Part shown: in pieces, positions 63,867 through 64,000 of the stretch
Numbering within the stretch: position 1 is the first letter of the stretch
Layout of the letters: each line of letters starts with the position of its first letter
Origin: Raja brachyura
Taxonomy: Eukaryota
Direction: 5' to 3'
Length of the DNA: 64,000 nt
Assembly: GCA_963514005.1 (NCBI GenBank)
Contig: OY740784.1
Span: 25,544,001 to 25,608,000 of the forward strand
The notes under the pieces: model-generated
The model's input: only the letters and a program-made list of their open reading frames with translations
The model's database searches: none
What the model was told of the DNA's origin: nothing
Translations under genes and position numbers: made by a program

Positions 63867-63995
63867 CCACCATCATCTATTGCGCCAAGTGATGGCTCCC
63901 ACTGATTGTCGCCGGAAGCTTGCGTCCTTTTCACGATGGACGATGACAGCGATGTCAACATTTGAAACATGGGAGATGGACACGATAGAAGAAGA
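63800..63995 (+). mobile_element. ~195-bp retroposon with CPEB3/HDV-like ribozyme head and (GAA)n tail
   Basis: Tail ACACGATAGAAGAAGAAG; the putative TSD starts AGCC on both sides (63789 and 63996) but the window ends before it can be confirmed. Confidence 0.75.
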
Positions 63996-64000
63996 AGCCG

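Noticed and set aside
63743-63970. 75-aa minus-strand ORF as an exon
   Set aside because: It is antisense to the ribozyme retroposon and has no recognisable homology.

Overview
Eukaryotic, repeat-dense, intronic or intergenic DNA. The repeat repertoire (HE1/V-SINEs, HER1-type CR1 LINEs, Penelope pLTR fragments, Rex1/Babar) points to a cartilaginous fish, probably a skate or ray (inference). No intact or recognisable host protein-coding gene is present, only a few unverified exon candidates. Nearly all long ORFs are decayed retroelement domains: a 5'-truncated DIRS1-type tyrosine-recombinase retrotransposon (gag/RT/RNaseH/Dam-like methyltransferase/YR), a Rex1/Babar LINE split by a CR1, a Gypsy integrase plus LTR, and Tx1, L2, HERO and Penelope GIY-YIG pieces. 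There are also Harbinger, Tc1/pogo and hAT MITEs, a non-autonomous Helitron and a SINE-derived minisatellite. The most interesting signal is RNA catalysis. Two different ~140-200 bp retroposons (62256-62398 and 63800-63995) each begin exactly at the G1 cleavage position of an HDV/CPEB3-like ribozyme fold and end in a shared ACACGA(A/T)A(GAA)n tail. The second resembles the mammalian CPEB3 ribozyme at sequence level. In addition, roughly two dozen Penelope pLTR mini-elements carry minimal hammerhead ribozyme cores, many as TSD-flanked fold-backs. All calls were made by eye; no database search was run.
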